From NCBI GenBank assembly GCA_047967505.1, contig CM106538.1: a stretch of DNA of 64,000 nucleotides, one strand, 5' to 3'. The notes below the pieces were generated by a model. It had not been told where the DNA came from and did not search any database. It worked only from the letters and a program-made list of their open reading frames with translations. The position numbers and the translations under genes were made by a program. The DNA comes from Dipteris shenzhenensis. Lineage: Eukaryota. Positions 1 to 13,674 of the stretch are shown here, one piece after another (position 1 is the first letter of the stretch; every line of letters starts with the position of its first letter).

Positions 1-790
1 GGGGTAGAGGCTCAAGAGTAGAAAATTGGACAATTTTCAAATGCTTTCTATCAAGTCAAGGGAGACCCTTCGAAATTTCCTAAATTGGGGTAATCATGCA
101 TTTGTCACAAGATTTGCGGTCAATTGGAAGGAAATCTCCACCATTGAATCAAAGACAATTAATAGACAAAAAAAGATACCTAACTCCCATGCCACCAGAA
201 AAACAATAGCCAATAGAACGACATGTGACTTGTAAGCCATTCACAGCCAAAAAAAAAAAGTCCACAAAACAATCTTCTGAATGACACATAAGCGTTCATT
301 GACCTGGCAAATGTTAAGCAATCAATAACAATTCAACATCAGCAGGTCGTTGTGACTGCCATATGTCGGTGCGTCACCTCCATTGTTGGAACCTTGACGC
401 TCGAGAAATGCCGAGGGTACACATTTTCCCAATCAAGAAGTAGTCCAAGACTAGCTTCTTGTGGGACTCTTGGTTGCTGTGTTCGCAGGTGATGCAAGCC
501 ACGTCCCAAGAGGGAAAGGCCTCCCCCCTTAGTACTACTTACTAGCCCCTCTAGTAACTAGGTCACCCCAAATCCAAGATTCCTTTTACCCGAGTTCTTG
601 ATAATCTGGGGTTGGTTGAAAAAGGCGGTCTCTTTTGCGTGCATGCCTATAGCGTTGGCGACGGCGATGGCGATGTAGATGGCTATGGCGATCGAGCCTT
701 GCTGATCTTGCATGGCGATCGTTTCTCCCTCCCTTCAGCTTTCTTGCTGCAAACACTCGCGTGCTGATCCCTTCTTTGCATCCACCTCCT

Positions 791-817
791 CTTCTTCTTC
801 TTCTTCTTCTTCTTCTT
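791..817 (+). repeat. (CTT)9 microsatellite in the probable 5' UTR
   Basis: Read directly; about 45 bp upstream of the ATG at 862. Confidence 0.95.
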
Positions 818-861
818 GGATCGTCAGCTTTGGCTGCTGCTGCTGTCGCTGTCTCTGGGAA

Positions 862-2304
862 ATGCAAAATCCCAAACGCTTTGACGATAAAGACGCCCTC
901 CCAGCCCCCTCCATGGGCCATCAAAATGGAGCTCTCGTAGCCACCACCGCTTCGCCAGCCTTGTCCAAACCTGGGCGAATTTCGCCCAACGGAACCTCGT
1001 CCATGGATAGCAAGCCCTTGAATGAGAAGGCGGAGGCCTTTGCCCAGGCGCACCGAGGAAGGGTAGAGGCGGAGGCGCATGCCTATAAAGAGGCCGAATC
1101 AAGAAAGGTGGAAGCTCGCGCGCAGAAAAATCTGGTAAGCCTATGGTTTGTAACTAGCGTAGAGATGAAGTCGCGAGCTCTTCCTTATGCTGGGACGTTG
1201 ATCTTGATCTTGGATCAAGAGCGTCTTTCTTGCAAAGAACCATAGTTTGAGAGCAATCCCTTCACACTTAAATGCTGTCTTAGCAGGCAAAAGCAGAAAG
1301 GGAGAGGATCCATGACGAGTCCAAGGCTTTGGAGTCCAAGAAGCGCGAGGAGGAGAGGGCAGAGCGTGTTATCCGGAACGCTGCAGTGAGTAACCAGCTG
1401 CATTGCGCTATTGAGTCCTGACCTTTGAATCTTGGAGCGGCAAAGTTGGGCAAAGTCTGACAGTGTGTAAGTGCAGGTGAGAGCAGAAAAGATACTGGCA
1501 CGGGCTCGAGAGGAAGCAAATAGGATCAACTCACGGGCTCAAGAAGAGACCGAGGCCGCCATAGCAGACACGTATACAAGAGCTGAAAGGGTAAGCTTCT
1601 TCCCGGTTGAACAATTGAGACTGGTTAGCCTCGAACTTCGTCTTGATGGTCTTGTTTGAGTGTTGTGATCTCTGTAATTAGCTGTCGACTGCTGATGGCT
1701 GGCCATTAATTTTGAGGGAACTGGAACAAGAATGGCTCTTTCAAATTTTATCCCTGGATGTTCCTCAATTTTGATGAATGCCTTAGCTGTATGCATCTGC
1801 AGGAGAATTGAGATCGATTCTTGGCTTTTATGTTTCAGTGTTGTAATCTCCCTAATGTAGCTCTTTCCTGCTGATTGCCAGCCATAATACTATAGAAGAT
1901 TTTGAGGGAAATTGAACAAGAATGTCGAAATGGCTCTCTTGCCTTGTTTTCAACTTTTACCTCTGGATGTTCTTCAATTTTGATGAATGGCTTGGCCATC
2001 TGCCTCTTTAGAAGAATTGGAGCTCGATTCTTGGCTTTTAGGATGGATGTTTAAGCTTGACAGGCATGAGCCCTTGCCGTTATTCGCCCATATTAAGGAA
2101 TCAACTGACCAAGAAGCCATTGTGTTGGCTTTTGTTGTGACGAATACGCAGTGGAAGGCAGAAATCGAAGAGACTAAGAGGAAAGAGCTGGCTGAGATAA
2201 CAGATCGCGTTCAACAAATGATTGCTGTGGGGGAGCTTCCTGCTCAAGAACACAGAGGAGTTGTCCAAAGGATGAAAGCCAGCTTTGTGTGCCACGCCAA
2301 CTAG
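862..2304 (+). CDS. Remorin-like coiled-coil protein, 212 aa; exons 862-1134, 1287-1385, 1477-1590, 2152-2304
   Basis: All introns are GT-AG and phase 0 (donors GTAAGC 1135, GTGAGT 1386, GTAAGC 1591; CAG acceptors) and join into one ORF. The N-terminus is P/S-rich and probably disordered. An E/A/R/K-rich helical region follows (AHAYKEAESRKVEARAQKNLAKAERE...), ending ...MIAVGELP...SFVCHAN*, which resembles the remorin C-terminal anchor. The 5' region is CpG-rich. Confidence 0.75.
1660..2040 (+). repeat. Diverged ~180-bp tandem duplication in intron 3
   Basis: Shared blocks gtgttgt.atct, ttttgagggaa..gaacaagaatg, ctggatgtt..tcaattttgatgaatg and tcgattcttggctttta each occur twice. Confidence 0.85.
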
Positions 2305-2410
2305 TTGTTGCAAGTCGCCTTGAACTTTCCAAGAACGGGGTACATTTAACCTTTACTTATATCCAATTTCAATGTTATGGCTTTCTCAATCTCTCAGGCA
2401 CATGTTGAAG

Positions 2411-2463
2411 ATCAAGCCCTTACCATAACAAACACACATCAAGCCCTCACCATAACAAACACA
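2411..2463 (+). repeat. 27-bp tandem duplication in the probable 3' UTR
   Basis: atcaagccct(t/c)accataacaaacaca x2. Confidence 0.9.
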
Positions 2464-4970
2464 GCTAGCTACAGGCAAAGAAGCACAACTCCTTGGAGAT
2501 TACCTTGCCATCTATTGCATAGTGAAGCAAGTATATTCTCTTCCCATGGATCATTGCTTCTTAATAATATGTTTGTATTTGTACTTCAACCTATAGGCTC
2601 TCATCCATCTATATGAGTGATAAGTGGTCCTCCATCAATCATCGTATGACATGTAAATATGATCAATAGCGAGAATAAAACAAAATCTACATTGACACGT
2701 TTTGCACTAAAGAAAATGAACATCTCTCAATACGTTAATTGTGTGCCAATGGATCACATCATCATAAGCAAGGCTTATATTCAGTTTGTAACATCAAATG
2801 AAGCAATGCCTTTGTGGCTTGTGTACTATGGCATGTCAACAAGCCTAGACATTCTTTTTCAGTTTTTTTTTTTTTGGACGGTTTAATTAGGTTGGGGCGG
2901 ACTGGGTCAACAACCATGGATGTCAAAACATCAATATTTATTTTTTGCCATGCTACTAATGACAATTTGGCACATTATGTTAACATGTAGCATTTATTAG
3001 TAGTGCCAATAGTTAGGGTGGTATTTTTATCATTGTAAAAAGAATATAATACCAATGGTGTTTTCATATTAGCATATTGCTAGTGGTAATTACCTAGCTT
3101 TTCATACTCATAGTGAACATCATCTCGATGCATGTTTCTTTGGGAGTCGCTAGAGGCTTTTAATGTCTATTTGATGATAGATATTAGGGCCAAGTCATTT
3201 TTTTCCAAGAACTTCCTTGCACCTTGAAGATATTGAGCATTCATTTTTGAAGTGGGATAAGTTTTCCTTTTTAAAAGTTGTAGCCTCTATCTCAGAGCTG
3301 CAACATATTTTTAGCCCTAGGGTTTGGAAAATCATGTACAGATATCTATGCATTTTTTATCTACTAATACTCATGATCATGCAAACACTTTACCATCCCA
3401 AAGTCATTTTGTGAATGTGGGTAATTTAGTAGATATACCTCTAATAAAGGGGCATATATCAATGGTATAAATATACTGCTTGTATATGGCCACATACATG
3501 TAGTATAATTTAATATATTGTTTATACATGCCTACTTACCAATGGTATATTTTCCATATATTGGAAGATAACCCATCAGTTTTTCTTTCTAGTATAACCT
3601 TCCATTTGGCATTTCTTCTTTGTCTATTCTTGAAATCAAGTGGTGTGGAACATACATTGTGATGGCAATATTTTTAAGTTTTGCTATATACTTGTTCAAA
3701 GGCGTGTGCCATGGTGATGCTTCTTTTCTTGGTCTTCAAACTCAAGGGGCAAGAAACATCACATAACAACTTTCTCTGACAAAGATGTTGGAAAGGACCT
3801 CATTATGGTATGGTTGCTCTTTGTAGCCTATGGAGTAGAAGCTCTAGGAATTTCGTCATTGTTCTTTCTCCATAAGGTTGGGAAGGGAGAGCAAACTAAT
3901 ATATCAATATTTTAGCCTAAGATAATCATGCACAAAGAATATGAGTAGTGAGATTAGGCATATTAAAGTTGATTGGGGTGATAATTTGAATGGAAGGAAT
4001 GGGAAAGAAAGGGTTACGATGCTAGCATTGCATGATAAATAACTTGTTTGACCTTAAACTTTTGTATGTATGAAGATGTGTCATGTGAGCATGTTGTAAT
4101 GCTATATGCATAAATAAAAAATGTTATCTTTCATAGCATAGGTTGATTGATGAAATGAAAAGTTTTAAGTTTATGTATAGTGCTTGTCTTTTGGATCCAT
4201 TTTTTGAACTTTTGATTGCTATTATCTTTTTTAAATCATGTGATTGCAATCATTTTTGCATTTATGAAATTTAACAAAATAAGGATCTAAGAATCAAGAC
4301 ATTGCACCTAATTGTTGATAAGATAATGAATGTTTCATTGATTTCATGAAAATTTAAAGACAAAGTACCGTGTGAGTTAGGACATTGCAATATGATAAAT
4401 GAATAGGATTGGAAGTATTAGGTTGTAAAGATGTCTAAAGATCTAATGGTCTACAAGGAAAACAAACACTTTCCTTTCCTATTATTTCCCCATATTAACC
4501 AGCCGGTTCTCCAAGCTCCACCTCCAATTTTTGCAATTCAGCATTTGACATGGTAAGTGTTTGCTTGCTCAAGCTTTTTGCCAAGTTCTTGAGTTAACTC
4601 AACTATTAAAAGAACAACAAGCTTTCTAAAAATATCAACCAACATGGTTATGACTTATATCTTCAAAAATTATAAATAGGACTTACATTGTATACCAACT
4701 TGCCAAGGTATGTTCTTGTACAAAGATACCATGGCTACCTCCCTTTGCTTATAGCCAATATCAATTTCCTATCTCTTTGAGGCAAGTCCCTCATGTATAC
4801 CTCATGGTTGGTAGCACAAATGTTTGCACAATTAATGAGCTTATGTTGCAAATGAGGTGGGAACCAAAGCATGGGTATTCATGCTAATACAACATATAAA
4901 ATCAAATAATAACCTCTTACCTTTGCCTAAGGGATGGGCTTGCAGGGGGTCATTAAAAACATCAAAAAAT

Positions 4971-5140
4971 TCTAGTCCTCTAAAGTGTATCTTCTCCCCT
5001 ATCCAAATCAAATCTATTCTCATCCATCAAAACACGGAATTCTCCCCTATCCAAATCAAATCTATTCTCATCCATCAAAAAAGTCTAGTCCTCTAAAGTG
5101 TATCTTCTCCCTTATCCAAATCAAATCTATTCTCATCAAA
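4971..5140 (+). repeat. Compound local tandem repeat
   Basis: ttctccc.tatccaaatcaaatctattctcatc x3 and tctagtcctctaaagtgtatc x2. Confidence 0.9.
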
Positions 5141-6296
5141 ACACTCTTGTGTATTGATATCGAAGATAGATGGAACCTTCTTGATGATGTCCACCACAGA
5201 ATAGAAACCTTTTCTCTGCACCAAGCTTTGTCCATTTAGACATGGATGTATTCATGGTGTTAAACAAAGTTGTGGAGCTACGAAAAGCATCATTTTGCAA
5301 AAGTGCATAGAAATTCAATTTGTTTTAGTACCTCTTTGCCTATGGTTGCATGTAATTTTCCTAGAAACAAATTACATAGAAATGAAATTTAATTTAGTAC
5401 CTCTTTCCCTATGGGTGCATGCAAGGAATTAAAAAAGTAGTCTAAAATAAAAGGATCGAAGGAGGGGAACTGGAGAAATAGGAAGCATATGTGTTGACAA
5501 CATGCTTTTATGATCATGAAACAAAACAAAACATAGAGGTCATAAATAAGATGAGCCACCATGGAGTTTGCGATTGTTCGATTCTTTTCTTTTAATAAAT
5601 GAGAGATACACCTCTTCATAGCATTTAGAATGCATGGACTTATCACTATATTATAGAATTGGAATAAATGGAGATTTAATAAATGCATTTAAATCATATA
5701 GTAGCCATATTACCATCTGGGAACACATGCATTATTATGTGAGAGATTTATAAATGCCTAGAAACAAATTGCATAGAAACCTTTGAAACCCTTAAAAAAA
5801 TTAGACAACAAAGAGTAGAGCATGTGTGAGGGTCTTGGAGGCTAAAGACCTTAGCTAGGAAGAATACAAGTCTTGGAAGGTGGCCAATGTGTGGAGCAAC
5901 AAAGGCCCAAACAACCATGTGCAAGAAGTGGTGACCGAGAAGTAGAATTGAGATCTTCGAGTAGAGAGGATTGAAATGGAGAGTAGGAGAAGGAGAAATG
6001 GGTGATAGTAGTAGAGAAGAGATTGGGTAGTGGCAGACTCATGGCAGAGAAGAGCTTGGGTGAGGGAGAGGAGCTCAGGTGATGGCAATGGAGAGTAGGA
6101 GGAAGGAGAAGAGCTCATGTAGTGAGAGAGAAGGGCTTGGGCAACAAAAGAGAAGAGCTTAAGTGGTGAAGGAGAAGGTGCTCAAGAATCAATGGAGAGT
6201 AGGAGAAGGACAAGCAACTAAGGCCATGAGAGAGAGCTCAGGAAGTAGTTTAGCAAGGGAGAGAGGGGCAAGTGGTGGAGTGGGGGGAGGGGAGGG

Positions 6297-6298
<2 letters not shown>

Positions 6299-6358
<60 letters not shown>
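6299..6358 (+). repeat. (GA)30 microsatellite preceded by a G-rich tract
   Basis: Read directly. Confidence 0.95.
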
Positions 6359-6360
<2 letters not shown>

Positions 6361-7089
6361 ATGCATGATTGAGTGTAGCCATCTTTTTGAAGTTCAGGGA
6401 ATATATTGCATATGGCTAACTTGTGTGATTTGTAACTTATGAATTTCTCGTGTCTAAGCTAATCTACAAATAAATGCAAGTTTTGTTGTGCTCATGGGGG
6501 TGGTCTACACTCTAAATCCTTGCATTTTGGGGAACTTATGGAGCACGATCATGAGTCTCAATGAATGTGATTGTCATTGAGGCATCTTGACTTGAGAATT
6601 TAAAGTATAGAGTTGTGAGAATTCGATTATCTTATAGTGTGCCAATAACAAATGGATATAAGGGGGAGATGGGATGGCAATGATGCAAGAAAGAATAGAG
6701 TATGAGTTGCAACTCACAATACACATTCAGAATTTCTTGCATCTAGAATTGTTCATGCACAACCATCAAGACAAGTTGTGACAAGTCAAGTTGTAGATGT
6801 ATCAAGTAATGCACATGACACAATTGATTTGAGTGCTAATGTTCTTAGGCCTGGACATAAATTTAAGGTTTAGAATTCATAAGTGGACACTATCCCAACG
6901 CTTGATCCACCCCATGATATTTTCAACCATGGTACTAGAAGAGCATTCATGCAAACATCACAATCCTCTCAAAGAGGCATTCCACATGTACAGGTTGAAA
7001 AACGTAGAATGGAACTTTGTTATTAATGTATGTGACTAGTTTGAGTGGAAATACAAATATTGTGGAATACAAAAATCTAGGGGAGCACC

Positions 7090-8420
7090 TTTTTTTTTAG
7101 GCAAAGAAAATTTGATTATATTCTAATCATATGATTTGTACAATGGCGTTCCCCTCTAAAGAGGGATAACTGCATACAAAGTGACCACTGTTTGGTAGTG
7201 GGAAAAAGCAAAACCAATAAGATATACTTAAGAGTACTTGTTGATAAGAGTAGGCTATGCCTCATACTATGATCCCAAGTTGACCCCTTGCCTAACCAAG
7301 AAACAGACTATGTGTTGTAATTAACAGAGTGATCCAAAAGAGAGTTGTTGTTCTGGCATCCTTCAAAGCAGTAGCAATCACTAGTGTACTAGACCTATGC
7401 ACAAAAGATCAGTAGTAGGGAAACAGTAACCAGTGGAGGTACTTTAGTCTGCAGGTTTTGTTTTGACTGGAAAGAGTGAAGGGAGGAGTTGAGCTTGCAT
7501 GTCCACTCCTAAGTTGGAGCATCTCCTTACCTCTTGGATGTGCTCTTCCAGTTCTTCTTAAAGTTGGGATACCTGGTCATTGTAGTTATGGGTTTCTTGG
7601 TCCAAAAAGAACTCAGCCTCAGCCACAGTAGATAATGATCACTTAGTAAGGACATAGCATTCATTCCAATTAACAAAGAGCTGTTCAGCATGTATGATCT
7701 CATCACTGAATTGAAAAGCATTTCTAGATATCCATATAAACTATAGTGCATATGCTCTGATGTGTGTCCATGTGGCATAAGGTATTTTGAGTGCATCCCC
7801 CAATAGAAGGGACTTCCAATTTATACGTTCCCCAATTCTTACTTGCACATATTTCCAAACTTTTCTTGCTCTAGTGCAAGCTATGAAGAGATGGAAGATG
7901 TCTTCCTTAGTCTTCACATAGTATTTGCATGTGTCATCTCCCTTACCAATGTAGAGACTTCTACAGTTGGTCCGGACTTACTTATGTAAAGTTAACCATA
8001 AAAGTGTAGACATTTTCTCAGGGATTCCTCTGTCCCATATCAGCTCAAATCCGAGTGTCCATTTCCTTTCATTTATCAGAGCTGTTCCACCTATTGTTTA
8101 GTTTGGCAACAATTTCGTCTATACCTTCAGATGGTGTGGGTATAGGTAAGAGAGATGAGCTACCAACCCATCCAAACTCTCTAGTGTAATTAAAAATTAT
8201 GCCTCCCTTCCAAGTGAGTTCCCCATCCCACAATTGTATTCTTTCCATAATCATCTATTGGCCTACATTTTGCAACTTGAATTCTCTTCTTATCTCCAAC
8301 CAATTCTTCCATCTAATATTAGTCTTGTCCCATAGGTCCCCCCAACAAGAAATTCCCTTCTTCACCAAGTGCCATGCTCTCAGAAGGTCCCCGTTTTTGC
8401 CTTAGTGTCATGCACAACCA
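7090..8420 (-). mobile_element. Degraded L1-type LINE, 3' end
   Basis: The minus strand encodes the zf-RVT motif CKYYVKTKEDIFHLFIACTRARKVW and L*FIWISRNAFQF. T9 at 7090-7098 is the poly(A) tail. Confidence 0.8.
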
Positions 8421-8439
8421 TAAAAAAACACGGTCCTAG

Positions 8440-11252
8440 GTGTGTTATTCTATGTCTCTCTCATGGTGCTTTGATCCTCCTTTATCCCTCGCTTTCACAT
8501 GGTATCAGAGCTCCCTTGCCTTTCGTTGAGGCATTGAGATCCTTGCGAGAGTGTTTGTGAGAGATAACATTCTTCGATCTTGAAAGATTCATGAGAGGAT
8601 TGTTTATTGAGAGAGAAAGGTTGCTTTACATTGTGTTGAGTGAAAGGGAGAGTTGTTTGTTCTAGAGAATGAGAGATAGGTCTTAGAGGGAGAGAGAGAG
8701 AGACAGCTGCTACTATACAGTTAAGGCATCACCACCTCCAACATGCCCTTTTCAACAAGGCAAGTGGCTCCTCTATTGGCTCTTGCAAGCAACAATTTGT
8801 TTGTATGTCTAGCACTAGCCCAACACTCACGGGCTACATACCCTAGCCGTCATCAACTCCACTCAAAGAGCTCCCGTCTCCTTCTACGAGCTGCTACCAT
8901 GGCCTCATAAAGCACAATGGTGGTGGCTCCATCTCCTTCTCAGGGTTCTTGCTTCAGCAACGTCCACCGACCACCAAGGCCAACCACTCCTTCAACTTGA
9001 ACTGTGCCTCAACGAGCGCCTTCAGAACCTTCAGCTCTTGTATGCAACAACAGCCTCTCCAAATAGCATCTCCTTCAATGTAGCAGCCGCGTACCTTCAA
9101 TCGGCTCAGCTCTTTGATCAACCTCCATGAAGGGAAGCTCCAACGACATCACCTGCTTTTGCTCCAATAGACAAATCCATCGCCAACGAAGGCTCCACAG
9201 CTGGCCTTCTGCTCCTAAGCAAATACAAGCTCCATGTAGCCAATAGCTCTTGATCAAAGGTGCCTTCTCCTGAGATGACGCCTCAGCGATCATCCAGTGG
9301 CATTCGTCTCGATAGATATTCGTGGCCTAGAATGTGGATCCCGTCAAAGGCAGAGTGATGTCACAATATATTCCAAATATATGTCCTCCAATCGAGGATC
9401 TATCAGTTCATCAAGAGCATGATCCTCCACAAGAGGGCGTGCCAGGACATCAATCCCATTAGAATACTCACGCCATCATCGTCACTACAAGATCTTTGCA
9501 GCCTCAAAGTTTTACACTCTTCTCGAAGGTGTAACATTAAGACACGTGGCAGATAAGAATTGACCAGGGTTAGTTGAAAGCACTCTTGGTTAAGTTGGTC
9601 ATACTAAGGTTAGTTCGACCTTACCTTGGTCAATGTTTAAGTGAACCCATAATAACCATGGTTAAGGTTTAGGGTTAGGTTAATGCCACATCATCATGCA
9701 ACTACCTAAGCACACAATCCCTTCATAAGCATAGTGTGAGTGCAGCATATGAGCCCCTATGCCACATCATCAATTGCCCCTCTTCTTCATAAAAATTTTG
9801 ATCAACTGTTGTAACTTTCAATCCAAAAAGAATTTGCACACACTCCAAAAAGTGGTCGTCTTTCGAGCTCTATGTGCCTGTCAAGTTAGAATCATTGTTA
9901 GCAATTAGACACTGCTAGATTTGAAATTTTCTTCAACTCGTAAGATCTTTGCAATGGCACTGCACACCTCAACTGTTGAGAAGTTCACTGGGGAAGGATT
10001 TCACACCTGATCTACACAAATGAGGTATCTCTTGATGCATCAAAGGCTTTGGAATATTGTAAAAGAAGACATACCCACTGCACAAAATGAAGCCTAGAAG
10101 GTAAAAGACGAAGCAGCACTATTACTCATTGGTTTGCACTTGGGTCCAAATATAATTCATCATATAAATTCTAAGGATCATGCCAAAGATGCATGAGATG
10201 AGTTGAACACAATGTTTGGTGCAAAAGCCAAAAACCAAGAAATTTATCTTAAGATTGAATTCTATGGTTTGCACATGAGCTTCAATGAATCCATGGCACA
10301 ATTTGTCAACAAGATCAAAAGCATTATGACCAACTAGAAGGCATAAATGCAAAAGTAGGAGAAAAGGATGCACCTGCAATTCTCCTTAAAAGCATGCCTA
10401 AAGAGTACAGCGCACTGACAACCACTTTGAAGAATCTTCTAGATCCAAAGTTTGAGGAATGTGTATCCTCTCTTCTTGAGAAAGAAAGAGATTTGAAGGC
10501 ATCTACATCAACACGCAATAGCAATAATGAAGAACAAGCATTTTTCAATAAAACATCAATGAAGTGTTACCATTGTGGAAGGATGGTCACTAGCAAAGTG
10601 ACTGCAGACTGAAGAACAAACCAAAGTGTCACTATTGCAAGAAACTGGGACACAAGGAAGAAGATTATAGATTGAAGAACCAGAAGATCAACTATGTGGA
10701 GTCATCACCAAGCCATGAGCAGAATGACGAGAACAACATGTATTGAGAAGCAACAACCTTTCGACCTTTAGCCTATATTCTTGTAATCAAACCTAACCAC
10801 GTGCAAGTAGCCATTTAAGCACTCAGGGGAGGTATTGACATATAAAAACCACACTTGACCACCTTAAGTAGCAAGGTATGCACTAAGGGGAGGTGATGGA
10901 TTTGTAACTCACATATGACCACCTTGCAGTAGCCAATGGATCATGGCACCAAGAAGAGGTGTTGAGATATGGCGCCATGTGCACATAGATTAGAGGCTAA
11001 GGTATGGTATAGGAATGTATTAAAGTAGCGACCCTAAGATGTGTACTACATGATGTGAGGATGTGGATCGAGGACTCCACAAGGAGAGATGTGGGATCAA
11101 AGGATCCCACAAGTGTTGACTATTCTAAAGGCTTTCTCTATATAAGAAGCCTACCATGTATTGTTGATGATATACATTACAATAGATTGAGTGTTTGCTA
11201 CCCTATGTCTCTCTCGTGGTGCTTTGATCCTCCTTGATCCCTCGATTTCACA
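8440..11252 (+). mobile_element. Gag-only non-autonomous Copia-type LTR element (TR-GAG-like)
   Basis: A truncated 5' LTR end (8440-8499) matches the end of the 3' LTR (10960-11252, TG...CA). PBS tggtatcagagc at 8500. Gag relic present, no pol, PPT before 10960. Confidence 0.8.
9954..10746 (+). pseudogene. Copia gag with two zinc knuckles, disrupted
   Basis: MALHTSTVEKFTGEGFHT*STQMRYLLMHQRLW..., LLKSMPKEYSAL, CYHCGR..H..DC and CHYCKKLGHKEED; contains stops and frameshifts. Confidence 0.8.
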
Positions 11253-12382
11253 TATTATTATTACTAAGTGGAAATCCATCTTACAAGTTTGTTGAACTTT
11301 TAGTTTTATTAGCCCATGTTTGTGTGGAGGTGACCCATGTTGTGTTGCAAATACACATGCTAGTTTATATTGAGTTGTTGTGCATACATGTCATCTAACG
11401 TGTGTATAAGTTATAAAATATAACTTTGTATCTTGCAAAAACCACAGTTACTGAAAGATAGTTATAGAAAATATACATGTGTATCTTACAAAAAGCATAG
11501 GTAGTGAGCTAGGATGTAAATCATGAGACTAAGAACTACATCAAAAAGGCTTGCTTTGAGATTCTATGGTATACAATAATTAAGTGACAAAATATTTCTA
11601 AATTCTAAAACAAAAAAGTCCTCATTCTCCAAATAAATTTTTTGATAATATTTCACTCCTAGCTAAACTTATCACACCACTTGCAAGACTCACGACACCA
11701 ATTACAAGACTCATCATTAGATTCGGGTGTCTAGCTACAAGCCCTCCTAGAGTTCTTTTTCTTTTCCACTAACATGGTTGCATTACAACCCAATAACATG
11801 GTTGCATTATAACCCACACTTGAGGAATCCAATTGTCATTGTCATTCTTTATATTGTTCAAGACAGTAGACTTTGAACTACTTTTATACCATCATTTTCC
11901 AATTCCACCTCTCATAATCCTTTGAAAAATTAGGACAATAGACAATAAGTCCTTAGATTCAATAAATGATGTTATGATTTTACAAAAAAATTAATTCAAA
12001 GCTAGGATATAGTTCAAAAACATAGTTTTTCTCAACAAAATATTGCTTCATCACACAATTTGCAAAATTTGTCCAATAAAATTAAAAAAATAAAGCAATA
12101 AAATGTTTGATATCTTTCATTTCTAGTCTAATTGTACCTGTTTAGTGCAGTGAAAAAAAAGTAAACATGATCTAAATTTACTTTTCCTAGGATTTATGTT
12201 ATAGTAAAGCAAATCAAAGAAGTATGTATTCCAAAGCAAAAAACTAACTCTCACTAAATTTCTTGCTACTTATCACCAATTTTTGCTCACATCAAATTGA
12301 CCACATGACTAAATGGCACAGTCCTTCCAATTTAATTGAAAAAAGTTGAAGCAAGGAAAACAACAAGATGAAAACCAATTGA

Positions 12383-12482
12383 TTAAAATTATATGGTAAA
12401 AACAAAAGGCCTTTTGTTTAATATTAAAAGTATATGGTAAAACCAAAGGCCTTTTATTTGATATTAAAATGATATGGTAAAA
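12383..12482 (+). repeat. ~40-bp AT-rich tandem repeat, about 2.5 copies
   Basis: attaaaa.tatatggtaaaa.caaaggcctttt units. Confidence 0.8.
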
Positions 12483-13674
12483 ATAGTTTAAACGAAAGGC
12501 ATAGATTGAATATCAAAATGATTAAAAGCTTTTACCTCTTTGCAAGGCTCTTTCTCCTTTACACAAATTTGCATTCATGAACCAATAATAGTAGGTCTAG
12601 CACATGAAGCAAAAGGTATAAATCTTGTATTTAAGAAAAGAGTATGCTTAAATTAAAGTCAAGAACTACTTAATCATGACTATTATTAACTTCTATTTAA
12701 GCATCAATTTAAATTACTTGATATATTAAAATAAATTGAATTTACAAATACAAATGAAAAAATGGACATTGAAATGGATGAAAGTTTGATAGAATAAACT
12801 CAAAATAATTTTGGTTCTTTACAATGAGGATTCCAATGATTGCATATAATAGAATCAGTATAATAGCTCCCGATACATCCCTGAGGCTAATCACTTTATA
12901 AAAAACCCATATAACATTTCCACACATCCAAAATATCATTGCTTATTGCCATTAGGTCTTGAGGCTAGGTTTTAATGCTTGGCCTCCAGCCTATAAATTG
13001 GGAAATTGAGGTTGTTAGACCTATTGTGCACCTCTAACATTGTCTTCATTATGCTTAGTCAATGAATTTATTCTCTTTTTATTTCATTAAGAACCAAACT
13101 TAAAAGAAAAACGATTCAAGAAACACATTGTTTTTGCAACAAAGAAACATAGAAAAGTTGCTTGTATTTTCTTGATTTCTCACATACATATATATGGCTA
13201 GATCTTGACATCAAGCCTAGGATCCAATGGTGGATGTGGGTCTATAATACATCTTTGTGCATGTATGTTGCTAAATGTAATTCTACCTTTAATCCAAAAA
13301 TGCGTTAGGACATTGGCCCTTGAAACATCACATAAATTTCTAAAAGATAAGTCCCATGAGTGCTTATATCTCTTAAAGTGTCCTCCTTCTAATTTATAAA
13401 TGGGTTGAGAAAAGGTAAGCTCTATGAGGATACAATATGAATATGCAAAGATTAGGTTTAGTATATGTCCAAAATCTATGCAAAATCCTCTTATTTTCAA
13501 AGAGTAGACTTTTGATCCAAATATCTGTTAGGAGTGGCAAGGCTTAAGAGCTGTGAAGGTTTTGTAAAAGTAACTAATTTTGCCAATTTTATGGTATTAC
13601 ACATATGGACAAGTCCATGGGTGCATTACCAAATGTAGTTATACATAGGATCCAAGAATTGATGGTAATGGAAC

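Noticed and set aside
712-861. Upstream in-frame extension (MAIVSP...SSSS...CCCC) of the gene
   Set aside because: It is translated microsatellite sequence typical of a 5' UTR; ATG 862 is the more plausible start, though this is not proven
586-1080. 164-aa minus-strand ORF with poly-Arg
   Set aside because: It is the antisense shadow of the remorin-like exon 1 and the (CTT)n repeat
4500-5320. Possible degraded transposase on the minus strand
   Set aside because: Only short open stretches and no recognisable motif
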